Assembly: GCA_000388065.2 (NCBI GenBank)
Contig: KB932201.1
DNA from: Fonticula alba ATCC 38817
Taxonomy: Eukaryota > Protista > Nucleariida
Reading direction: 5' to 3' (one strand)
Length of the DNA stretch: 51,150 nucleotides
The notes beneath the pieces are model-generated. The model saw nothing but the letters and a program-made list of their open reading frames with translations. It searched no databases and was not told where the DNA came from. Positions 1 through 12,072 of the stretch are shown in pieces; position 1 is the first letter of the stretch, and each line of letters starts with the position of its first letter. Made by a program: the position numbers and the translations under genes.

Positions 1-240
1 GGGGGGGGGGGAACGCGGGCGGCCCTCCAGCCCCAGGTGGCCTCTGGTTGCTAGTCATGGGGCCGGGCGCGTGTTGCCCTCGCCCCGTCCCCTCCCCGGG
101 GCCTCCGGGGAAAGGGACAACTGCGCGGGCGCGCCCCGGTCCCGGGACCGCCCTATTGCCCGCCACCGAGCGCGCCCCCCCGCCAAGGGTGGAGGACGCG
201 GCAAGTGACCGAGCCGCCGGGGGAAGGTAAAACTGAGGGC

Positions 241-267
241 CACCACCATCACCACCACCACCACCAC
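241..267 (+). repeat. (CAC)n microsatellite
   Basis: caccaccatcaccaccaccaccaccac. Confidence 0.9.
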
Positions 268-1360
268 TACCGCCGGATCGGAGCCCAATGCTCGGGGAAT
301 AATACCCGCCGCCGAGCCCCCTCTCCCCGCCCCGGGTGCCTATGGCGGCCCAACGGCCAAGCGTTCCCCACCACAGGGAAGATCAACACAGATCGCCCGC
401 GTGAAACCAACGCCTTCCCAGCCCCCTCCCCGGGCCAGCCCTCCTGGCCGAGGGCCGATGCTGTTGTTATGATTCGGGCGCCCTTTTCCCGGGGGCGAGA
501 GACTACCCCGCACGCGGGTCAGCCAGCATGGCCCCTGGGGGGGGGGGGGGGGACCCCCCCCCCGAACGCCGAGTCCCCCGCATGGGGAAACGGACTGGAA
601 CATTAGTCCTGGGCCGGCTGAAGCCACCGGCATCGGCCACAGAGGGGGGACACACCCAGAAGGGTGCGCCGGGCGAGATAACCAGCGCGCGGACCAGACG
701 AGGGCGAAGGGCTGGTTAAGCGGCGGCGCTTGTGTGGGCGCGCGCATGGCCGACACTCGCCGCGCGCGCGCATCCTCACGTAAGCGCGCACATGTGTCTC
801 CCGCGCGGCCAGAGCCCTTTCCGGCTACGGGGGGTGGCGAAGGACTCCGCACGCGCGCCGCCCCAAACAAAAAGCCCGCCTCGGGGGACTCTCGCCCGCG
901 CACCAGCGCGAACCCTCTCGGCCCGGAGCCTGGGGGGACAACATCCACCCGCTCGAAAGCGCCCGAGGGAGGGGGGGGGGGGACAGGGTTCTGCCACAGA
1001 CCCGAGACCCTCTCGAACTTGGCGGTGGCCGCTGCTACTGCTGATGCTCCGGCAGTTTGGTGGGGCAAGCCGCATTCCCCTCCGCTGGCCCCCCCCAACC
1101 TGGCCGCCTGCAGGCCCCCCCTCTCCGGAGGGGCCGCCGCCATTCTAAAAAGGCTTGGCAGGAGCGCCGGCGGCCGAACGCCGCGCCCAGGACACATAAC
1201 CCCGGGCTCCCTCCCCCCCCCCCCCCTCTGCCGGTCACGGCCAGCCCCGAGGGAAACAGCGTCATATCCAGCCGCGCCCCCGTGAGCGACGCAGGTCTTT
1301 TCTCTCCCCCCCCCCGCGCACTCGTGCTTGTGGCGCCCTCCGCTTCGCAGCACGGACGGG

Positions 1361-1393
1361 CCCGGCCCCGGCCCCGGCCCCGGCCCCGGTCCC
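1361..1393 (+). repeat. (CCCCGG)n hexamer microsatellite (GGGGCC on the minus strand)
   Basis: cccggccccggccccggccccggccccggtccc. Confidence 0.9.
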
Positions 1394-2099
1394 AGGACAG
1401 GTTGCGATCCCCCCCCCCCCCCCCCCCCCCCCCTCTGATAGGGCAGCACGACCCGCAGCCATCTGGGGGAGGGGTAGAGGCAGGTTGTGGAGACGGGAGA
1501 GAAAATTGCACGCCCGGGCTGCTCCGCGCGGCGCGCCCGCCCGCGCCACCAGCCACTCAGGCTGACGCTCTCGCTCCGGGTGCACCCGCCCGCAACCCGC
1601 CGCCCCGAAGGACTTCACCCGCACAGCCCTCGCCCCGAGGGAGGCAGACTGGCAACGCCACGCCGGTCTGGTCGGGCGAGAGGAGGTAATGAACACCGAC
1701 GGCGAGGCAAATCACCCGAAGTGCATCTCATATCACGAGGAATGCCGGCCCTCGGCCCGCATATCGAATGACATTCTCGGCGTCGAGAAATACTGCCAGC
1801 AACCTCGGGCAGGGGTGGCCTGCGGCCCCCCTGCTACGGCGGGGGAGGTGAAGGCATCCTTGTAACACGAACATACATTTCATCCTCGGGGAGGGGGGGG
1901 GGGGGGGGGCGAAACGTTTGGGCGGTGCGTGGACTCAGGGCCGGTGGTGGTGCGGATTTGGCGGCGACGCCGCGCCCTGCCCCGAAAGACACACACATGC
2001 ACGCTTTTACACAAGCTTGGTCCACAATATTCCTACACCTTGATCTCGCTCTCTCTCTCTCCCGCCCTCTTTCTCTTCAGACCCTTCTCTCCCCTGTAG

Positions 2100-2468
2100 G
2101 CCTCCCCCTTGGCGGTTCGGTGGCGCCCTCGTTCACCAGCTTGCCGGGGACCGGCCTGCCTGGCCATGCCAGTCCGGCCGGACCAGAACAGGACGAAGCT
2201 CGCTAGCGGCATCAGAGCCAGTGGCTGGTGCGCCTCCCGTCCGCCCCCCGTCCCCCTGCACGTTCCACGGGGGAGCGCCGGCTGGAGCTGTGTCGCAGGC
2301 GAGAAGAGGATGGAGCCACACGGAGACAGATCCAACCGAGGGCGCTTGACCAGCCAGGAGGCCAAGCTCTCCGGCCGTGCGGCCACCTCCGGCAAGAAGA
2401 CCAACATGTCCCTTCAGGAGCCCCCCCCCACCGGCTGCCGATCCGTTTCCAGAAGGAGGAGGGCATGA
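2100..2468 (+). other. Possible terminal coding exon of an unidentified gene
   Basis: Long pyrimidine tract and TAG acceptor (2097-2099), open frame with C/G-ending codons to TGA at 2466-2468, then (GA)n and AATAAA at 2639-2644. Confidence 0.25.
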
Positions 2469-2474
2469 AGAGAA

Positions 2475-2510
<36 letters not shown>

Positions 2511-2873
2511 GGAGGAAGGGCTAAGGGGCGCCCCCGTTGGCCAACAGCCCAAAGGGAGCCCCAGGCCGGGATGACTGCAACTTGCCGCGCGTCTTCATGG
2601 CCATGAGACCCGCCCTGGAGCGGATATATATGTGTGGCAATAAAAAACCACTCCGGTAGTCTCGGACCCTCGGCTGCCTCCAACACAAACAGACAATATA
2701 TTTGGCCCATGCCAGTCGTCCCCCCCCCCCCCCCCCCATGCCCCTCTCGCCCTCGGGTATCCAGCACACTCATCCACCCGCGAACACCGAGTGGGGACAT
2801 TCAACAAAGCCCGGCCCATGCCGACGAAAAGGTGCCCGGGCCCATCCCCCCCCCCTTCCCCCTCCCGCCGGGA

Positions 2874-5113
2874 ATGAAAAGGGGTCGCCTCTCATTTCAG
2901 CGAACATGCCCTGGCGCGCGTGACCCATCCCAGCTGGTGGTGACTCTCCCCTCCGGGGGGAAAGAACGCTTTGAGCTGAGCATCATCCATACTGGCCGGG
3001 CCAGACTTCGAGCGAGACGGCTTGACACCGGCATCGAGTGGCCCCCCCCCCCCCGCCACCCGATGGGCAGACAGGCGGAGCCGCTTGAACACCCGGATAG
3101 GTTGTTGACGCCCAGGGCCCCGGAGGCTCGCGCCGCTGGCGCTTCCGGACTAACGTCCACCGGTTCATGGCAGCCCCCCCGCCTCCACGCCCGCCCTGCA
3201 TGCCGGGCGGTCGTGCCAGGAGGGCGCACCCGATGTTTGCTGCAGGCCGGTCCCCGCCAATCGCCCGGCACGGCGGTCCGAACTTCCAACACCCACCTCG
3301 TCCCACAGGGGGACGCCTGGCAGGGGGCGGCGGGGCATGGGCCTGGAGCGGCAAGCTCCCCGGCACCGACACATCCCTACGAGTCATCAGTGTTGAGGAG
3401 CGGCGCCCTTGGACCGCCTGGCCCCCTTCCCCACATTTCCATGCTCCCAGCCCGCCAGCAAGAACAAGCGGAAAATGCCCCCCCTCTCCTGCCATACACG
3501 TGGGGTACTGTCCGGTGGCGGGTGCTCGATGGGAGCTACAAGTGCCGCCGATTGTCATATGCCACCGTATAATCAAACCAACGTGTTTCCTTTCTTCAGA
3601 CTGTCACATGCCCAAGCCCCGCATGAAGTATCACATATGGCCCCCGCCAAGGGGAATCCCCGAGTTGGGGCCAGGGGCCCTCATGCATTGGCAATCATCC
3701 TCATGAAATGCCCACAATTGTCGAGCCGTGTGCGGGCTGCGGCCCCGGCGGCTGTTCCACCCCCCCCCTGACCAGCCTTTTCTCCCCCCCCCCCCCCCCC
3801 CTGCCCGAGGTGGCAATGCTGTGCACACGATGGGAGCCGGCTAATCTTCGCCGGAGGGCCATTATCCCGGGGGAGTGTCCGCGAAGCCGGCCTCCTCGCC
3901 GTCTTTCGTGCGGTGCAGGCGCCCACTCGCAGGGACTGGCCCCCACCCTGGCAGGGGATCGAGGCGCCTCCAGCAAGGGCATCAAGCATGCCCCCCCCCA
4001 CCAACCCCTGGTGGATCGCCACACAGTCCTGCCTTCTCTTTCCTAAATCCCCGCTCGGCTCTGCCGCCAATGGTTCCGCACAGACTGCCCCCTGCCCGGG
4101 CTTCTGGACCATCGATGCTGGGGATGCTTCACGGCCCGCGCAGTCCTCGTGCTGTTGCCCATCGGCCCCGACCGGCTTGACGGTCAACCGGGGACTCCCA
4201 CCCGAAGCAGGCCTACCCGTATCCGGTGAACCCCCTCGGCCGATGTCTGTTCACACTGAGCGAACACCACCAATGGCCCCGCCTCCCCCCCCCCTGCCTC
4301 GGACAGAGGGCAACGCGTCTCGAGCCCCCGCCAGAGACCTAGGCCCGCCGGCCGCCCCGACTCGAGAGTACCCCCTGGGCGTGAACGTGCCTAATCGGGG
4401 CTTCTCCCGGGGCTGGAATGCCGCTCGCTTGCCCGCCCAGCCGCCATATCCATGTCTCCACAATATATACTTGCGGCTGGTATGTAAGCCAATGAAGCTG
4501 CATCCACGAGGGTGCTAATCACACACAGGCGCGCATACATTGTCACACATGCCGCCACACGGGCGGCGGCCCCTGCCGCGCAGTGCGATGGTGTCCGGGA
4601 AAGCTACAAGCTCGACCTCCCCCTCCCCAGCATAGCTGGGCCCCCCTTTCCCGAGGGACGTCTTCCCACCGGCGGTTTGCCCTGGTGACCACAGTGCGAA
4701 CATCGGCCCCGATCCCCGCGCGCGCCAGAGCAAGCTCCCACCTGGTTTAGGGGGCCGGTATGTAAAGAGGGTGCCCAGAAAATCAAGCAGGCTCCGGCAG
4801 GTCGGAGCCCTATAACAGTCGAACCGTGAGCACATCCACTCCCCTGACCAGCGTGGGGGCACGCGCTTCCAGAAGACGGGATATCCACTCATCGATTATC
4901 ATGGACAAACGTGGACATGCGGATAGCTTATCCTTGGCTAGGCCTCCGGTCGACCATCCAGGCCGGCCGGCCGGCCGGCCACTGGCTGCCAGCAGTCTTG
5001 CCTGTCCATGTGCCAGAGGGGTGGGCTCTAGCGCGGAGTCGGTCGCTCGGGCCAAGGCCACGGCCCCCTCGCCCCCGTTCAGTGAGCTGCTCGGCCGGGA
5101 ATTTAGGTGGTAA
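2874..5113 (+). other. Possible unresolved plus-strand hypothetical gene
   Basis: Protein-like open frames at 2874..3572 (..QLVVTLPSGGKERFELSIIHTG..), 3913..4518 and 4826..5113. The last ends at a TAA overlapping AATAAA (5113-5118). No domain recognised and no consistent splice model built. Confidence 0.25.
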
Positions 5114-5758
5114 ATAAAGGTAACAGGGACGAAAAAAGCCCAAGCCGGGTATCGGGGATCCCTTCCTCCTGCCCATGTTCCATTGCTATGAAGGCCAAAA
5201 GCGCGACGCGCCGCGTGGAAGCCGTGATGTGACCTTTCGACCGGGGCAACCAAATCGCCGCATCAGTGCCGCCCCCTCCCTCTCTCCCCCCCCCCTCGCC
5301 CCCCAAGACACACACGTGCTTTGCCTCCGAGGGGTATAAATCATCACAAAGACCCCTTGGCACATGATGCACGCTGGGGATCTTCCCTGGGAGGCAACCA
5401 GACCGCCCCACATAAATGCCCAAAAGTGCACGCAGGAATCGAAAGAGGGGAAAAGGCAAAGGGGCGAGAGCGGAGACAAGGCCCGATGACGGTGGGAGAG
5501 GGGTGGGGGATGAGAGAGAAGGAAGTTTCTGTGTATTGACTTGGAAAGTTCAGGACACGCGGGGACCAAAGCACTTCGGCTCCCGGTCGATGGGCGCGCA
5601 GAGAGCAACCCATGTGAGAGTAAAAAAAAAAGAACCAGGCCAGCACCCCTCCCCTCCCCCCTAAGAGGGCATGAGCTGGGGGATCGTCCCCATCGGGAGC
5701 CGTCCGGGCACGAAGCGCACGTCAGGGAGCTCAGTGTCACCGCCACGACCAGACACGT

Positions 5759-7688
5759 CTACAGACACTCCAGAGGCACGGTGAAGTCCTCGGTGACGGG
5801 GCCAGTCTCCGGGGCGGTGGCATTCTGGCCGAGACCGCGGCGAGCGAAGCCCCGCCAGTAGGCACAGGTGTTGGCACCGTTGTAGTTCACCTGGTCCGCC
5901 AGGAGGATGGCATCACGAGCCTCGGTGAAGGTCGGGTTGCAGGGCTGGATCTTGAGGCCATCCACCAGATTCTGCATGAAGCGGTTGTTGGCGCCATCGC
6001 CCTTGTACAGATCCGCGTCCCAGGGGAACTCGTCGAGCATGTTGCGATAGGCGTCCATGAGCATGGTGCACCAGACCTCGCCCTTGGCATGGTGACGAGA
6101 GTACTGCGATTTGTTGAGGTATCCGAAGGTCTGGGGATTGAGTTCCATATCGTCGGTGTACGGGTAATTGCGAATGTTCCGGCTGGCCGCATACTCTGCC
6201 ATGCCGAAGGAATCGTCCCGGCCATACTCCCGGCGCCAGCGGAGGATCAGGGAAAGGCAGTCGCCGATGCCCTCGCCCTGGCCGGAGGCCTGGGCCGAGG
6301 ACATGCAGTTGGAGTTGGCCGGACCGCCGCACAGGCGATTGGAAATCCCATGGGAATACTCGTGGACAATGAGGCCATTGTCATAATCCCCATCGATCAT
6401 GGGGGTCTCCTGGTTCCAGATGTACATGCGCATCTTCGGGCGCTGGCCATCCGGCGGGGTGGCGAAGTTGGCGTTGTTGTAGGTGGTGCCATCCTGGGCA
6501 TTGGCCTGGACGGCGTCATTGCCGAGGCCGCCCTTGCGGAAGTTGTTCTCCTGGAAGTTGCCGGACACCTCGTCGAAGCCATACTCATAGAAGATGTCAT
6601 GCATGATGTTGTTCCAGTAGAAGAGGTTGGTCACCGCGGCGTCCAGGCTCTCCACCGGCTCCTTGGTGAAGTCGATCGGGAAGTCGAAGACCAAGTCCGA
6701 CCCGCCGCTCGGGCGGTAGTTGTTCTTCCAGCCAATCTGCCGGCCGGTGAGGCTCTCCTGGGCGTAGACATTGTTGCCGCGCGTGTCGGTGAAGGTGTTG
6801 TCCGCGTCCATGGTGTGCCAGCCGAGGGGCGACCCGGTGGACAGCTTGTGCGGGTTCCTCACCAGCTCGCGGTCGCCATCATGCGGGTCATTGACACCGG
6901 GCGGGTAGACCCGGTAGTTGCCGGACCGGCTGACCCAGTTCACCGCGAAGACCACCTCGCCGGTGGTGGCCGACACACCGACATCCAGCCAATCGTCATC
7001 CTGCTCGATGTTCATGTGGTACACCAGCTCCAGGCCGCGGGTTTCCGTCTGGACGAAGGCCACGCGCACCTCGATGTGGTTCAGCGACAGGTTGTCCCCT
7101 TCGAAGAGGGCCACCGGCCGGGCGGGCTCCTCCTCGGCGTCGAAGTCGGCCGAGGCGTAGGCAACCGGCACAAGGCTCCCCTGCTCCAAGCCGATGCCCA
7201 GATAGCTGGCCAGGCGCAGGACCGCCTGAGCCGGGGACAGGCGCTGGCCGTCAATGCCACGGGCCAGGGCCGCCTCGGCGCGCTCCAGCAGCTCCGACCG
7301 GCGGACGAAGGTGGAGCCGATGTTCAGGACATTGCCATTGGCGTCGATGTTGATGTTGACATCGCCATTGAGGATGGGCACGCCGTTGATGGTCTGGCGC
7401 AGGTACACATGGCGGACGCCATTCTTGGAGGTGTAGTCGTTGGCCACGCGGTACTGGACGTGGCGGCCGAAGCGGCGGGTCACAAAGTCCTGGACGCCGG
7501 TCTTGGCGTCGAGGCTGCGCGCAGGGGCGGGGGGGGGGTCACACGAGAGCAGGGCAGGAGGCGGATCGAATGGCGGTGAGCGGGGGAGGGAGCGGGGAAT
7601 GCCATGCTCAGGAGGCGGACAGAGGGAGGCAGGTCAAGAAAAGGGGCAGCGGAACATACGGGATGGTGGCGAAGAGGTTGTCCAGACG
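5759..7688 (-). CDS. Fungalysin (peptidase family M36) zinc metalloprotease with FTP propeptide; 5' end lost in gap 7689-7984
   Basis: Translation shows an FTP-like propeptide (YRVANDYTSKNGVRHVYLRQTINGVPILNGDV), M36 hallmarks (AAVTNLFYWNNIMHDIFYEYGFDEVSGNFQ, NNANFATPPDGQRPKMRMY), zinc motif HEYSH, downstream GEGIGD, and PCNPTFTEARDAILLAD. Exons 5759..7514 and 7660..>7688 join in frame through a phase-2 GTATGT..CAG intron (7515..7659). Stop TAG at 5759-5761. Confidence 0.95.
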
Positions 7689-10600
7689 NNNNNNNNNNNN
7701 NNNNNNNNNNNNNNNNNNNNNNNNNNNNNNNNNNNNNNNNNNNNNNNNNNNNNNNNNNNNNNNNNNNNNNNNNNNNNNNNNNNNNNNNNNNNNNNNNNNN
7801 NNNNNNNNNNNNNNNNNNNNNNNNNNNNNNNNNNNNNNNNNNNNNNNNNNNNNNNNNNNNNNNNNNNNNNNNNNNNNNNNNNNNNNNNNNNNNNNNNNNN
7901 NNNNNNNNNNNNNNNNNNNNNNNNNNNNNNNNNNNNNNNNNNNNNNNNNNNNNNNNNNNNNNNNNNNNNNNNNNNNNNNNNNNNGGGGGGGGGGGGGGGG
8001 GAGCAGCTTTCGCTGCTTTCCATTGGGGGCTCCTCTGCTCCCTTTGCAGCCCGGGGCTGGCATGCTGACATTCGGAAACACACATTCATCGCGGCCCCGG
8101 CGGTTAGTATGGGGCTTTGGGTGGGGCCAGCATCTGCCCGGCGGGGCTCGGGAGATGTGTCGGACCAAGGGAGGCCCCTGCCACTGGCGGGCGGGCGGGC
8201 TTGGAACCAGTGGAGGTGAACAGGGCCGGAGGGGGGATTTTCGGGAGAAAGTGCAGCATGGTGGAACTGCGCCTCACCCTTCAAAAACAGGGACCGCCCT
8301 CTGTCGGGATCCGCTGGGAGCATCAAGTGCCCGGCCAGACAAGACCACCGGCCCGGCGCCCGCCCTGACCCTGGCTTTGAGGATCAAAGGGAAGGTCACT
8401 GTGCCAGTTGTCGCACAGGCCAGAGGCGGGGACAAGGGCACCGAGGAACGATATGCTCGCCAGGCGCGGGGCCGCTTCGGACGAACGCGCTGCCCTCCAC
8501 ACAAACACACACACACACACAGACACACAAAACATCAAGAGTGGGGGCCAAAGAAGCATGCAGCCCCGGAACACGGGGCGGGGGTCCCTTGAGCGTGTGC
8601 GTCCTGTTGGGCGGGGAGGGGCATGGGAGCCGCCCTGCCTGGGTGTCTGTCCTGGGCCCGAGCTTGGGCGATCGGGGCTCCGCACCGACCGGGGGCGAGA
8701 TCGAAACACAGGTCGGGGGCAGGCCCGGCACGGGCCCCCGTTACCCGAGGACATCCGCGCGGGCTGGAGACCGTGTTGAGCCGCCAGAGTTACCCGGTTG
8801 CCACGCCATCCACAGAGCAGGGTCCAAAAGGTACACGCAGGGCCAGGGTGGCCCCCTGGGCTCCTCCTGCCAGACCCTCTCCTTTCGGGGAAGAGAAGCC
8901 GAGGGTCGTGGATGCGCACTCGCACCAAGGCCCTTTGATCGGGCATTTAAAATCACACACGCACACATACACACAGGAAGGGCCGCGTCTTTGAGCTGGA
9001 AAGGAGTTAGGGAGAGCGGCAAAGGGAAGTCGGGGGGGGGGGGGGGGAGCATGTCCGCGGCCAGGCGTCGGCCCGTTGCCAGCAGCAGGCACGCTCGAGC
9101 GGGGCACACACCCAGGCGGGTGTGAGATTCCAAGGACAGGCCCAGAAATCTGCCGGGAAAAGCTGGCCAATCCCCTCCTCCCTCCCCTCGGCCTGGCCTG
9201 GCGATCGGACAGGACCTCCCAACAGAAGGTTTCGACAAAAAAAACAGCCCCGAGAAGCCATGCCATCAGGATCCCCGCCCAAAACCACATCGTACACACG
9301 CGCACAGCGGTGCTGGCGACTGCCCGGCCCCGGGGACCGGGATTGGCAAAATATTGCCCAGTCATCCTGCCAGCAGTGGGTCGGGGTCTCAATGAGGGCG
9401 GGACCGGATGCTAATGCATCCCCCCGGCTGCACGCCCTCCGCGAGGCTGGAAATGAGGGACATCATCGAGAAATCCGGCCTCGAGGCCCGGACACAGGGA
9501 CCCGATGCGGACCATCTGCGAGCATGCGCCGGCGCGAAAGCCGGCGAGAGAGAGAGAGAGAGAGAGAGAGAGGGTCAGAGAGGAAGGCAGAACCCAAACA
9601 GGGCGACCCCGGGCGCCGGCGTATCGGCCCACTCTGTGGGATCCCCGAACAACGCGGCCAACACGAGGCCGGCCGAGAGGAGATCGGCCCGAAGACTGGC
9701 CAGACTCAAAGACTGACCAAACGCAAAGACAGACCAACGCCCCCGGGGCCCGGGAAGGCCCATCACTGGGGACACCCCAATAGGGAGAACTGCAAGCAAG
9801 ACGGCATGCCTACCGCCCCCGGCGGAAGAGGGGCCGCGGGTCGGCACCGCCACGCGGTCACGGGGGCCTCGGGCCGGCGCGCGAAAAAAAAAAACACACA
9901 TTTAGTTCTGGAGCAGGGCAGACCCCTTTGACAGAAAATACGCCATAACGACGCCATGGGAGGGCGCCCCCCGCCGCCCGGCCCCGGGCCCCGCTTTCTT
10001 GCCAAGGGGGATGGCGCACGGGCGGCGTCCGCTCGGGTGCCCCCTATTCACACCCAGCGCGCACGCCCGTGGCCTTCCCCGTGCCGCCCAGTCCGGCCCC
10101 GATGGGCTTGGAGTAGCTTGTCGGCACCGACCCGCGCATTAATAACGGTCCTTTCTTTGTTGGCTCCGAGAGGTCCGGAGCCGAGCCCACGCTCGAGTCC
10201 GACTGGGACGGACAGCCCCCAAGAAGGTCCCCCGGCCGCTGGGTAGGTTCGCCCAACCGGTGGACGAAAGGATGGCACACACGCGCCTCCCGGCGGTCCA
10301 TGTGGGGCCGCCCTAGGCGAAACACGTCCCACCCTGGCAGCCATTATCATCCTCTTCTCCATGAAGGTCGTAACACAGGCCCCGGGCCCGGGAAAAGCGG
10401 CCCACGGCCGCTTCGGTCCCGGCCTCCCGGTGCCGACTCGGCATCCCCGCCCCCCTCCTCCGGGCCGCCAGGCGCGGAGCAGCAGCACCTGGCGTCCCGG
10501 ACCGGCAACAGTACACCCGATCCTGCCGCCACAAGCCCCACCCCTCCTCGACACATCGAAAGAACTCACCTGGACGCGTGGGGCTTCCTCGGCCCGGGCC

Positions 10601-12072
10601 TCGCCCTGTGGCGACCGACGCAACACGTGTGCGTGTGTGTCGCCGGCTGGCTGGGTGCCTGTGTCCGAATGATCGATGAGCCTCAGCCACTGCTCCGCGC
10701 AAGCTGAAACCTCACTTCATGTGGGGATGAACAGCGGCCTGAGTCTCGGAGGGGGGGCCGGGAAGACCCGCTGGCTCCCTGCGGATTCGTCTGTTGGCCA
10801 CCATTCAAGAAGGCCTCATGTGTATGTATGTAGAAGGGGCCGAGGGCCCCCCCCCCCCGGGGGGGGTACGCCGAGGTCCAAGCATCTGTCGACATCCGCG
10901 GTTGGCAATCGCACCCCTGGGCCGGAGGCTCCAGCCACGGTCCGGGGGATGTGACGCTCAACGACAAGGAGGAGAAGGCCGCCCCTCCTCGCCAGTCGGA
11001 GTTGACCCGCCCGACAAGCCGATGCTGGGAAAACGCCCGGGCCCCCACCGGTCCCCGGGCATGGCCGATAGGGCGATCATCGACGAGCAGACACTCCCGG
11101 CCGTGGGCCGGGAGGCCGGATACCGCGGGAGACGACCATACAAGGGCCAGATTTTCCAGACTCAGGCCTGGCAGGAACCCGGGGAGGGGGGGGGGGGGGG
11201 GGCGACAACGACCTGTGCCGGGCCTGAAAGCCCGTTCAGCCCCGAGGGAGGGGAACTCCTCCGGTGAAGGGGGAACAGCCGTCCAGAGAGGCCAGGGGCG
11301 GTACACAGCGCGGAGGCTGGCTCCGACGAAGGCCCCGGTCGCGAGGCCGCGCCGCACCACACGGCTACCAAGAGCAGCAGGCTGCTCCGTGACTAGGCTC
11401 CCAGACTCCCAGGCCTCTCGCCCTCCGCCTCTTCGCTGCGGGTGGACATGCGGACCCCGGCGTGCGCGCGGCCGCAACCGCCCGGAGCAGGCGTAGTAAC
11501 TACCAAAGTGCTTGAGGCCCTCCTCCTTGCCGATCGAAGAGAGGTGTCCAAGTCGGTGTTCCCCCCAGAGCAGGGCACAGGAGGGGTGGCCCGCCGCCTC
11601 GGTGATGGGAAAACCCTCGGCAGAAGCTACCCCCCTCTCCCCCAGTGCCAGCAAGCGACAGACAGCCAAGCGACCGCCAGAGTCTCCTGGGTGCACGGGG
11701 ACGTTCCCGCCGGAGTCGCGCTTGGGCGTGCTCGGTCGACCTGGGGTGGATCTGGGGGCCCGACCGTGCGCCGTCATTTCCCGCGGAGCTTGCATGCACC
11801 TCCAAAGTGAAGCACCCTCATGGCCTCCAGACCGCCTCGCATTCCAGAATGGAAGGAATGCACTTTACAGATCCCAAGCCCGCGCCCTCAAGGCCAATGC
11901 TTCAGTTACGCCTTCCAGTTTAGATGCCGGCCATCCGCCAATGATGATGGTGTCCCCGGGCGGTGGCAATGGAACCACATCAACAGCACGACGAGTCTCT
12001 AAGTCTATTGGGAGAATGACCCCACCAGGCTGGGGAGACACACGACGAACAAGAACACCGAGAGGCCCAAGA

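Noticed and set aside
340-1449. 369-aa minus-strand ORF and overlapping ORFs at the window start
   Set aside because: Made of homopolymer and hexamer translations, with open frames on both strands, no domain and no consistent splice model.
6089-7579. 496-aa plus-strand ORF
   Set aside because: Antisense shadow of the fungalysin caused by extreme GC3 bias; no independent motifs.
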